From the IMG/VR virus record IMGVR_UViG_3300025381_000007: a stretch of 64,000 nt of DNA. One strand, 5' to 3'. The notes beneath the pieces are model-generated. The model did no database searches and had not been told where the DNA came from. It saw nothing but the letters and a program-made list of their open reading frames with translations. Each line of letters starts with the position of its first letter. Position 1 is the stretch's first letter. Origin of the DNA: a virus. Positions 47,105-55,566 of the stretch are shown here, piece after piece. The position numbers were made by a program, and so were the translations under genes.

Positions 47105-48847
47105 TTATACAGCAGGAGCTGCTTCCCCGGCTCCGCTACCTGCGGTTGGAACAGGAGCGCCGCCTTCTGCTGGTTCTTCTCCCATGGCTTCTGGGCTAGG
47201 TTCTGGAGCAGATAATGAACTAATATCCCCGCCAATACCGTTTGCAGTAATACCTGCACTACGCATTTCGCTACTAGCACTCAAGAATTGATCTTCATCA
47301 ACATTTTCTTCTTTCCATAAGGTAGCATTTTGTGCAACTTCTTCTTTGGTTAGTCCCAAGAAACGTTCTAGAGCAAATCGTTTACTAATGAAAGGAATAG
47401 CAACCATGGCGTTAAATGTATTAACACGGGCAGTATCCATTTCAGCTTGACGATAGGAGGCAAAGTTTTGTGGAGGATTAAATTTAATGTCAAAAATATT
47501 GCTATCTACATTGATACCTTGGGTATGTAAGTATACCTTAAACTCTGTATCAAATGGCTCATTCATCAATGATTGTAGTCGCTCGCAATACTTGTTAAAT
47601 CTTAGTTCTTGAATATAGGCTGTCCCAACTCGTCCATCATTAAAGCTGCTACCTCCGTCATCGCTACTAGTTGGTAAGTAAGAACTTGGAATACGCAAAG
47701 CGCGAAATAGTTTATTAGTAAAGTACTTAAGGTCATCAATTTCTCCTAAGTTTTGACCGCCTTGTAAGATTTCAACCTTACTACCACGACCTTCAGCAGT
47801 TGTTGGGAAGAAGTAATCTTCATTAATGCTTAAAGGATTATAACTTGCATCAATTACACTTTGGCCACCACCACCTGCACTAGGAATACGGCGTTGGTTA
47901 ATTTCATTTTTAACACGTTCAACGAATGCCATGGCCAAGTGACTAGGCATATTACCTACGTCAATGTGGAACACACGACGTTCCGGAGCACGTTGTATAC
48001 GATAGATTAAGATAGCATCTTCTAGTAGTTCTTTTTGTTTGAACACTTTAAAGATACTTTCCATTAAACTATTACCAAATGGGAAGTTGTTGTCTAACCC
48101 TTCACTCATGCTAATATGGATTACATGACGAGCATCAATAGCATATTGATTTTGATTTTCACTAAAACGACTGCTATTGGCAGTTGTAGGGAATGATCCA
48201 GTCATGCCCCTTGCCCCGCCTGCAGCGCCGCCGCCGCTTCCATAACTACCACCAAACTGGCTTCCGCCACCATTTTGATTGCTAGGTTGAATAGCAGTTG
48301 TACTTAGAGCTTCGAAGTTTGGATTAAAATCACGAATGTGATATTGTTCAGGCTTCTTGCCTTCGCTTTCATTTACAATAATCTTGTCTACTTTAGCTGG
48401 ATCAACATACATCCATGCCTGTGTTTCTGGGTCACGAACAAAGAAACTATCACCAAATTTAAATGCATTTCGTACGATTTTAAACATACGAACAGGAAAC
48501 TTGTTTAACTTACACCACTGTTGTAGGTACTTTTTAATGATTTTAATTTCAGTCGTAGTAGCTTGTTCTTTGAATTTGATTTGAAAAGGAGTACCGTTTT
48601 CTTCGTTTAGCTGTGTACAAAACTCTGCTAAAATATCAAACGCTGCGTTGACTTCACTGTCGGAATCCATTGTATCATACTGTCCATAACGCTCTAAACG
48701 GTTGGGGTGACCAGCATAAACGTCAGGAAGATAGCTAGAATAGTTTGAACGACTAGGGTTACCGCCCGAGTTTATACTCGTGCTACCACTAATGGTGCTC
48801 AGTTTACCCGATAGATTAACGGGTGTAAAGTACTTTTTCCATGACAA
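47105..48847 (-). CDS. gp20: Portal protein (T4 gp20-like)
   Basis: TTG start with GGAG; KQKELLEDAILIYRIQRAPERRVFHIDVGNMP, EDYFFP..EGRGSKVEILQGGQNLGEIDDLKYF and ELRFNKYCERLQ are gp20 motifs. Confidence 0.96.
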   Translation of the reverse strand: MSWKKYFTPVNLSGKLSTISGSTSINSGGNPSRSNYSSYLPDVYAGHPNRLERYGQYDTMDSDSEVNAAFDILAEFCTQLNEENGTPFQIKFKEQATTTEIKIIKKYLQQWCKLNKFPVRMFKIVRNAFKFGDSFFVRDPETQAWMYVDPAKVDKIIVNESEGKKPEQYHIRDFNPNFEALSTTAIQPSNQNGGGSQFGGSYGSGGGAAGGARGMTGSFPTTANSSRFSENQNQYAIDARHVIHISMSEGLDNNFPFGNSLMESIFKVFKQKELLEDAILIYRIQRAPERRVFHIDVGNMPSHLAMAFVERVKNEINQRRIPSAGGGGQSVIDASYNPLSINEDYFFPTTAEGRGSKVEILQGGQNLGEIDDLKYFTNKLFRALRIPSSYLPTSSDDGGSSFNDGRVGTAYIQELRFNKYCERLQSLMNEPFDTEFKVYLHTQGINVDSNIFDIKFNPPQNFASYRQAEMDTARVNTFNAMVAIPFISKRFALERFLGLTKEEVAQNATLWKEENVDEDQFLSASSEMRSAGITANGIGGDISSLSAPEPSPEAMGEEPAEGGAPVPTAGSGAGEAAPAV

Positions 48848-48870
48848 GATGTATTCTCCGGCTTATGGCT

Positions 48871-48876
48871 TATTTA
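48871..48876 (-). promoter_or_regulatory. Putative late promoter core TAAATA for the portal
   Basis: GGTAAATA 23 nt upstream of the TTG start. Confidence 0.55.
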
Positions 48877-48886
48877 CCTTTATACA

Positions 48887-51187
48887 TTAGGGGTTTTGTT
48901 TTCTTATTGAATAGAAAGTAAACCCGCCAACATTATCATAAATGTCTTGTGTATAATCCAAACCTTCTTCATGAATGTTTTTAGTATCTTGTAGTGTGCT
49001 ATGAATAGCCTTCAGTGTGCTATTTTGTTGAGACATAACTTCGCGCATTTGAGCTTGATCCGAAACTTCTTTAGTAGTATCATCTTTTTTCTTTTCTTCT
49101 TCTGTAGGTATCAATCCGCCAGCAAGTTCTCCTAGCTTGCCGCCAGCAAAACCGCCTACGCCAGCACCACCTGCCGCTAGCAATGCAAGAGATAAGCCGC
49201 CGGTTTCTGGAGCCAATCCCAATGCCAATCCATATAAAAGAGTCCCTAGTACACTTGCTCCTATTAGACCACCTGTGGCTTTTCCATATTCTTGATTTGC
49301 AGTCTGCTGATTTATTTCGCCTTTATTTTTACGTTCAGTTGTATCCGATACTTGGAACAATGCACCAATGCCTGCTAATACAGTAGTTACTTTAGATAGA
49401 TAGGGTAGAATATATTTTCCAAAAAATCCAGTTACCGCAGGTCCGTATTTTTCTAATGATTTTTCAATAATGCCTCCACCTCCCCCGCCTAAGGCGGCGC
49501 CTCCTACTGGAATAACATACATGGGATTAGTTATAGTACCAAGAGTTCCGAACCCTAATATACCTTTACCACCCCTAGCTAAAAGTATATCTCCCACTGT
49601 TTCTTTGAATAATAATGTGGCTTTTTGTGCTGCTATGTATCCGGTTAGACCAACTATAGCTAAACCTAACACAGATAATAATCCAGGAATCTTTGATAAT
49701 CCGGTTATAACCAAAGAAAATGCAGCAGCCATATGTGTAACGATAGAAGTTACAATCTTAACAGCAGGAATCATTGCATCTAATATTACAGATCCTAAGT
49801 TTTTAAAAGATTGAGATAGACTTGCAAGATCAGCTGCTTGACTTTGTTCTCTTGTTCGTTGATTTGCAGTAACCTGATCTACAAGATTTGTCCATGCTTC
49901 TCTAGTGCTTAACTCTTTGTTTATTTGGATAGTGTTTGCTCTAGCAGAAACATTAGCAGCTTGTTGAAGCTGACCACCTTTTAACAAAGCAACCTGGAAT
50001 GGCAAGGATGCGTTTTCAAAATCTTGTGCTGCTGCGTACTGCATACTAGCGCCGGCTTTAGTTTGATCGCTAACAGTCTTTGTAGTATCATGAACATTTG
50101 ATACCAAATTTGTTAGCTCGTTAGTAGCACCCGGTAATGCACCTGCAAACTGCCCATGGGCCGAATCTAATACAGTACCGAATAATGATAAAGACTGAAA
50201 GTTTTCCGCCATTACTTTGCCGCCACGGGCATTTGCTTCTGCTAGACCAATAACTGCTTTATCAACGGCCTGTTGCCCTTCTGTTAAACGAAGTCTAGCA
50301 AGATAGTTTTCCCACGCAGAATTTAAAGATAGTTTTTTAAGTTCAGCTTCCTGTTCTTTTCTATTTTTTCCGGTGATTTCAGCAAGTCCATCTAGTTCCT
50401 CTAGATATAGCCCAGTGCCTTGAGTTATACCCGTAATGTTGTTTAACTCAGATTGAGTTCGACCGCCAGTCATTTGAATATAATCTAAAGCACCTTGATT
50501 TAAATCTTCAAAAGTATAACCCAAGGCCAATAAATTTCTACCTGTATCACCAGATACAAATTCTTTACTAAATGTACTAAAAGACCTTGCTCCATCACTA
50601 ACAGTATCTCCCATTAAGGCTAGAGTACTGCTATTTTTGTTAATTAAATCTGTAAATTCCTGTAGTGTTAGATAAGAGTTAGCCGCAGCCATACGCATGT
50701 CGGTAAGACTTCCGCTAAAACTAACACCAGCATTAGTAATGCTTTGATAAGACTTAAAGTTATCTTCTTGAAATTTAAGTATAGTAGCAAATGCCAGTGA
50801 GACTTGTCCTATACCATAAGGTAGTTGGGACATGGCATTGAACACATCACTAAATGACCCTGCACCCGAAGTTATCGTTGAAGTAACCGATGCCAAGTTA
50901 GTAAAACTAGTGTTTACCGCTTTAGTAACTAAATCTAACTTGCTTACTGTATTTGCAGCTTCGCCGGCATTTTGAGCAGTTCCTTTTAAACTTGCATTTG
51001 CTCGAGCAATAGCATCGTCGTTAAATCCTGCCCGTGTTGCCCATCGATTTATAGAATCTAAAGTTTGTTTATTACCAGCCAGACTACTTAACAATAGTTG
51101 TTTAAGTGTAGCCTCAGTAGCTGCATTATTCAGCACTACATCTTCTACACCATCCGGTCCTGTAATCGTTCCTGTTACGTCTGCCAT
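48887..51187 (-). CDS. Tape-measure-like protein (766 aa)
   Basis: Long Ala/Gln-rich helical protein with hydrophobic and glycine-zipper segments in its C-terminal third; divergent from the gp26/gp51-like pair. Confidence 0.6.
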   Translation of the reverse strand: MADVTGTITGPDGVEDVVLNNAATEATLKQLLLSSLAGNKQTLDSINRWATRAGFNDDAIARANASLKGTAQNAGEAANTVSKLDLVTKAVNTSFTNLASVTSTITSGAGSFSDVFNAMSQLPYGIGQVSLAFATILKFQEDNFKSYQSITNAGVSFSGSLTDMRMAAANSYLTLQEFTDLINKNSSTLALMGDTVSDGARSFSTFSKEFVSGDTGRNLLALGYTFEDLNQGALDYIQMTGGRTQSELNNITGITQGTGLYLEELDGLAEITGKNRKEQEAELKKLSLNSAWENYLARLRLTEGQQAVDKAVIGLAEANARGGKVMAENFQSLSLFGTVLDSAHGQFAGALPGATNELTNLVSNVHDTTKTVSDQTKAGASMQYAAAQDFENASLPFQVALLKGGQLQQAANVSARANTIQINKELSTREAWTNLVDQVTANQRTREQSQAADLASLSQSFKNLGSVILDAMIPAVKIVTSIVTHMAAAFSLVITGLSKIPGLLSVLGLAIVGLTGYIAAQKATLLFKETVGDILLARGGKGILGFGTLGTITNPMYVIPVGGAALGGGGGGIIEKSLEKYGPAVTGFFGKYILPYLSKVTTVLAGIGALFQVSDTTERKNKGEINQQTANQEYGKATGGLIGASVLGTLLYGLALGLAPETGGLSLALLAAGGAGVGGFAGGKLGELAGGLIPTEEEKKKDDTTKEVSDQAQMREVMSQQNSTLKAIHSTLQDTKNIHEEGLDYTQDIYDNVGGFTFYSIRKQNP

Positions 51188-51211
51188 TGTTTTTCCAGAG
51201 TTTTCTGCGTA

Positions 51212-51257
51212 TATAAATACTTAAAAGAAGATAACCGTTTTATCTTAAAGTTATTTA
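51212..51257. promoter_or_regulatory. Late promoters in the divergent spacer: TATAAATA (+, 51212-51219) and TAAATA (-, 51252-51257)
   Basis: Each motif lies upstream of the gene on its own strand, so the two transcripts would have overlapping 5' ends. Confidence 0.6.
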
Positions 51258-51270
51258 TTCGGAGAAAACC

Positions 51271-52146
51271 GTGCCTGAAAACACCACATTTAATATTCCT
51301 GAGAATCCTTTGACCATGTTCATGCGTCAACCAAAAGTCTACATCAGACTACCTAGCAACGGAGAATATTGGCCACAAGGCAGTTTAGATCTACCCGATA
51401 ACAGGCAAATCGCAGTTTATTCCATGACTGCTAAAGATGAAATCTTATTGAACATCCCCGATGCCTTAATGAATGGACAAGCAGTAGTAGACGTCATTCA
51501 AAACTGTATTCCCGCAGTTAAAAATGCATGGGCAGCACCTAGTCTAGATATCGATGCCATGTTGATTGCAATACGTATTGCTACCTATGGAGAAATGATG
51601 AAAACTCCTATTAAGTTTAATGATGATTTGGAAATGGATTATCAAATAGATTTAAGAACGGTGTTAGATTCATTGATGAACAATGTTTCCTGGACTACAG
51701 CGGTGCCCATTAATGACTCAATGACTGTGTTTGTTAAACCCTTGACCTATAAACAAATAACAAAAAGTTCAATTCAAGTGTTTGAAACACAAAAAATTAT
51801 TCAGTTGGCCAACAATGATTCAGTCAGCGAGGACGATAAAGTAAAACTCTTTAAACAAAGTTTTAACAAACTCACTGATTCTACAGTAGACTCTATTGTT
51901 GATAGCATTTCTCATATAGACACAATTCAAGGTAGTGTTAGTAACCCTCAATTTATTAAAGAGTTTATTAATAATGCCGATAAAGATGTTTTCAATAAGA
52001 TTCAAAAACATCTAGAAGACATGAAAGACCAAAATTCTATCAAACCCATGAAGGTACCGGTAACTCCTGAAATGCAGGAACGCGGAGTCACGGGGGATAC
52101 CGTCGATATTCCTTTGGTATTTGATTCCTCGACTTTTTTCGCGTAA
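51271..52146 (+). CDS. Baseplate hub assembly/chaperone protein (T4 gp26-like)
   Basis: GTG start; VYSMTAKDEILL..PDALMNGQAV..VIQNCIP and DIDAMLIAIRIATYGE are gp26-like. Confidence 0.75.
   Translation: MPENTTFNIPENPLTMFMRQPKVYIRLPSNGEYWPQGSLDLPDNRQIAVYSMTAKDEILLNIPDALMNGQAVVDVIQNCIPAVKNAWAAPSLDIDAMLIAIRIATYGEMMKTPIKFNDDLEMDYQIDLRTVLDSLMNNVSWTTAVPINDSMTVFVKPLTYKQITKSSIQVFETQKIIQLANNDSVSEDDKVKLFKQSFNKLTDSTVDSIVDSISHIDTIQGSVSNPQFIKEFINNADKDVFNKIQKHLEDMKDQNSIKPMKVPVTPEMQERGVTGDTVDIPLVFDSSTFFA
52134..52140 (+). other. Candidate -1 ribosomal frameshift heptamer T-TTT-TTC
   Basis: ACT TTT TTC GCG TAA ends the gp26-like frame; the -1 frame is open from 52125 to 52370 and includes the 72-aa ORF. Confidence 0.6.
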
Positions 52147-52151
52147 GGCTT

Positions 52152-52370
52152 TTGTATCTTGATATTCCTGAAGTCGAAAAACTCCTTAACGACCTAGACG
52201 GAAATACAAAAGCCATTAAAGAAGAACTGTTAAGAATATGTTGGTTTATGAGGGGAGGGGTAGGATATAATGAAAGTTATATGCTTTCTCCCGAAGACAG
52301 AGAGATTATCACTAAGATTATCGAAAAGAACTTAGAAACAACTAAAGAAAGCGGATTACCTTTCTTCTAA
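52152..52370 (+). CDS. T4 gp51-like small protein, possibly expressed only as the C-terminus of a frameshift fusion
   Basis: LLRICWFMRGGVGYNESYMLSPEDREII..IIEKNLE resembles gp51/gpT-like chaperone C-termini; the only start is a TTG 3 nt from TAAGG. Confidence 0.65.
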   Translation: MYLDIPEVEKLLNDLDGNTKAIKEELLRICWFMRGGVGYNESYMLSPEDREIITKIIEKNLETTKESGLPFF

Positions 52371-52850
52371 TACTAGAAATGAGCTAAAGCTCATTTGTTA
52401 TTTCGCTCACGCTCATAACTGATTGTATTTCTTTTAATCACGACGTGTTAAATTTCATGTAGATTGTTTCAGTCAGACGGAACCGTTTTGCAAGGTTCCG
52501 TCTCTTTGTCTTCATGTGAGTCATCACAGCCGAGACATTGGAAGTAGGTTTTAATTATTCACCGTATGCTAATGGGCTCTGACCTTTCCCAACCTACGTC
52601 GACATCGCAGAATTATCTGCTACCTTAAACTTCGTTCCTAGTGTTTAAGTTTTTATAGCCGGTGATTTCGTATGCTAACATTCATACTATAACAATGCGT
52701 CGGGCGTATGGTTCTACCCTCTGACTCACTTCCGATTTTTCAGGATACTGGAATTCCTCCAGGGGAGTGCATCATTATGTTACGTGTCCGGTTATTCCCC
52801 GGTTTTTCCACAGCGGTATTACAAACTGGCCCGCTAACCTTAGGTGCTAG
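52371..52850 (-). ncRNA. Candidate large structured non-coding RNA (family unassigned)
   Basis: ORF-free ~470-nt gap with many hairpins, including a 10-bp stem (52475-52503), GTAGGTT/AACCTAC (52544-52597), CTTAAAC/GTTTAAG (52624-52649), GCAGA/TCTGC, CTGGA/TCCAG, CCGG/CCGG and AAATGAGC/GCTCATTT. Confidence 0.55.
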
Positions 52851-53121
52851 ATGATATATAACCTTTTGGAATCCAACAAACAAACATACTTTTTCCTTTT
52901 TTATTTTTGCAGGTATTACATACTACCTTACCTGCATGTGGTCCAGTCGGTTCGTTGATAATTTCCCAATTATGGGATTCGTGGATTCCTAGATGTTGCC
53001 TTAGTTTATTTCTTTGATCATGCCATGCTTTGTCAAATCCAGTTTTTGGATTAGTCCAGTATGTATCATTTAAAAATGCTGTATCACTTTTATTGGTTTT
53101 ACTGTAATCAAACTTTGTCAT
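52840..53121 (-). CDS. Hypothetical Zn-ribbon-like protein (93 aa)
   Basis: HxxxH...GPHAGKVVCNTC...FVCWI pattern of His/Cys residues. Confidence 0.65.
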   Translation of the reverse strand: MTKFDYSKTNKSDTAFLNDTYWTNPKTGFDKAWHDQRNKLRQHLGIHESHNWEIINEPTGPHAGKVVCNTCKNKKGKSMFVCWIPKGYISSST

Positions 53122-53125
53122 GATC

Positions 53126-53548
53126 TTATTTTTTTAATATATGTGAGCCATGTACACGGACCGAGATTTGTCCATTATAGTAGTCTGTAGATTCAAGTAC
53201 TTTGCGGTCGAATTGTTCACGGGCCTCAATGTAACTACATTCTGCTTTACTACGACAGTAGTATAATATCTCTCTGCTGAAATTTTCTTTGCCTAAATTA
53301 GCAACGTCTGCACTGAGTTCGTTGCTGGAGCCATAATATTCTTGCCAGTCGCTGTCTATTTTACTGCGAATTTTCTTTTTCTTTTTTGTGCCATTTTTTA
53401 GTTTAACAGTTTTATAAGTTGTTTTACTAAACTTTGCTAACTTCTTGCCTATATATTTTCTACCAGTGATTAAATTTGTAATCAAGTAGACAAACCCGAC
53501 ACAGTCATCGGGCAGGTCTTCCACGTTTTCTCCCTGGTACTTCCACAT
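53126..53548 (-). CDS. Stand-alone GIY-YIG nuclease-family protein (140 aa)
   Basis: GFVYLITNLITGRKYIGKK, WQEYYGSS, FSREIL, conserved Glu in YIEAREQ, and YYNGQI. Confidence 0.8.
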   Translation of the reverse strand: MWKYQGENVEDLPDDCVGFVYLITNLITGRKYIGKKLAKFSKTTYKTVKLKNGTKKKKKIRSKIDSDWQEYYGSSNELSADVANLGKENFSREILYYCRSKAECSYIEAREQFDRKVLESTDYYNGQISVRVHGSHILKK

Positions 53549-53786
53549 CTTTATTTTTCTTCACTGGTCCTGGTTTTTTTGGATGCAGTTTCCAATGTTC
53601 ATGATCTGCTTCTAAACTGGCTTGCCATAACTCATGAGATAAATGTCTCATACGTTTATATAATCTACGCATGTTCATTACCTCTTCGTCTCTAACTCTT
53701 GCGAACTTCAGAAACGTTGCATTATAGTTATGTATATCGATAACCATTGACATATATTCTGAATACAGCTCAAGATACCGAGCCAT
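53505..53786 (-). CDS. Hypothetical protein with basic C-terminal tail (start at 53786 or 53825)
   Basis: Helical ORF ending PGRKRGRPAR; ATG 53786 avoids overlap with gp46; its 3' end overlaps the GIY-YIG start by 44 nt. Confidence 0.55.
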   Translation of the reverse strand: MARYLELYSEYMSMVIDIHNYNATFLKFARVRDEEVMNMRRLYKRMRHLSHELWQASLEADHEHWKLHPKKPGPVKKNKDVEVPGRKRGRPAR

Positions 53787-53793
53787 AGCTGGT

Positions 53794-55566
53794 TCATTCG
53801 CCTGCGGAGTAACTGGTGTAACCATTTTCTTTTACCACTCGGAGCACGTTATTTACACGACCGACTAATTCATCCTTATGAGATATAAGGAAAATGTTCT
53901 TATTTCGTTCACGTGCCATTTTCTTCAATACTGCTAAAGCACTTTCAACCCCAGCACTATCCATACCTGCATCTACTAGTTCGTCAATAAACAATAAATT
54001 CAAACTTTGATACAATCCTTCCCAAACATCTCTAAAAGCAAAACTCATGGAAAGTATCAGTCGATTACGTTCGCCTCGACTTAAATTGTCAAAGTCTAAG
54101 TCTTGACCTAGCTGTGTAATCTCAACACTCAAATCGTTTTGAAATATCACACGGTGCGGCAATCCTAATGTATCAATATAGTTACCTAATCGTTTGTTCA
54201 AATAACTTAAATTTTGATCAATAATACGTTTACGAATAAAACTATCTTTGTTGGTTAACAGTTTTAAAAGATATTCTTGGTGATCTTTTAAACTAGTTAG
54301 TTCGTTAATCACATCCCATGTGATTTCCTGTAAAGCACTTTTCTTCAGTTCTTCAACTTGTTCAGCATAGGGATTGTTTTCATTTGCCCGTTCAGTTAGG
54401 CGTTTTTCTAAACTATCTAAGTTGTTTTTATGACCTAATGCTTCTGCTTCTGTGTCGTAAAACGTAATAGGACGCTTAGGTTGATCACCGATAGATTCCA
54501 GTTCATTTAAAACTGGAATAAGTTCGTTGCCAATCTTAACACCATATTCTAAAGATTCGTTGTAATGTTTCTGTGCTAATGCGTTCATTTCTTCATGTTT
54601 GTGATCATGAAGATCCTGTTCGCAAGCAGGGCATGTTTTATTTTGTAACTTTTCTAATTCTCGTTGATACTTGTCAGAAGCCTTTTCTGCTTGAATCAGT
54701 GCAGATTCTAATGTGGCCTTTTGTTTTTGTAGACTTGTAATCTTAGAGTTGTTATCTTCCCATACTTTCAACTGAGCATGTAAATCTAATTCTTGGTTGA
54801 TATTAACAGTTGCTAGAGTCTCGATACTTTTAATCAACGAGTTTAAGTCTTGTTCTTTTTTATTTTCCCAAGCATTGCTACGAGTGATCAAACTGTCAAT
54901 GCTTTTTTGAATATTTTCGTTAGCACGTTTAGTTGCTTCGATTTTAGCAGTCTCCTCAACAATTGCATCTTTAGTTTCTTTAACTGATGCCTTTAGTGAC
55001 TCTGCTTTTTCACTAAGCAACGTAATGCCGAGCAGTTGTTCGATAACTTCTCGTTGATCCGCAGCCCTCATTGATAAAAAAGGTTCTGTATAAGTGTTCA
55101 ATGCCAAAATGTGTTTAAACATGGTGTGTGACATTTCTAACATTTGTTCGATGGCTTTTTGTGTTTCTCGACTATCTCCCTGAGCATCGTCATCTGTTTC
55201 GTCAGTTTTTAACTGATCGTTATTAACAAACAACCTAAGCACATTTGGTTTACGCCCACGCTCAATACGATATGTATTTCCGCCTTTATCAAACTCTACA
55301 GTGACTAACATATTTTTACCGTTAATCTTATTGATCAAGTTTTCTTTCTTGATGTTTGTAAGAGCTTGACCATAGAGTGCGTAACTCAAAGCATTGATAA
55401 TGGTAGTTTTACCTGTACCGTTACGTGAGCCTGTATCATCTCCTCCTAAGTCAAGGTTAGCACCTAGCACTAGAGTTAAATGTCCTTGTTCGAAATCTAC
55501 GGCTTGGGTATTTTGACCCACACTCATGAAGTTCTTTACAGTTAGGTTTTTAATGTGAAAGCTCAT
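53794..55566 (-). CDS. gp46: Recombination endonuclease ATPase subunit (T4 gp46/Rad50/SbcC-like)
   Basis: Walker A NGTGKTT, zinc-hook CPAC, signature LSRGE, Walker B LFIDE and ISH switch. Confidence 0.96.
   Translation of the reverse strand: MSFHIKNLTVKNFMSVGQNTQAVDFEQGHLTLVLGANLDLGGDDTGSRNGTGKTTIINALSYALYGQALTNIKKENLINKINGKNMLVTVEFDKGGNTYRIERGRKPNVLRLFVNNDQLKTDETDDDAQGDSRETQKAIEQMLEMSHTMFKHILALNTYTEPFLSMRAADQREVIEQLLGITLLSEKAESLKASVKETKDAIVEETAKIEATKRANENIQKSIDSLITRSNAWENKKEQDLNSLIKSIETLATVNINQELDLHAQLKVWEDNNSKITSLQKQKATLESALIQAEKASDKYQRELEKLQNKTCPACEQDLHDHKHEEMNALAQKHYNESLEYGVKIGNELIPVLNELESIGDQPKRPITFYDTEAEALGHKNNLDSLEKRLTERANENNPYAEQVEELKKSALQEITWDVINELTSLKDHQEYLLKLLTNKDSFIRKRIIDQNLSYLNKRLGNYIDTLGLPHRVIFQNDLSVEITQLGQDLDFDNLSRGERNRLILSMSFAFRDVWEGLYQSLNLLFIDELVDAGMDSAGVESALAVLKKMARERNKNIFLISHKDELVGRVNNVLRVVKENGYTSYSAGE

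Noticed and set aside
52371-52850. Group I or group II intron, tRNA, tmRNA, RNase P or hammerhead identity for the structured region
   Set aside because: It does not interrupt a gene (both flanking ORFs are complete and convergent), and I could not find the conserved cores; partial look-alikes such as GAGCCC...CATACGG do not form a proper domain V.
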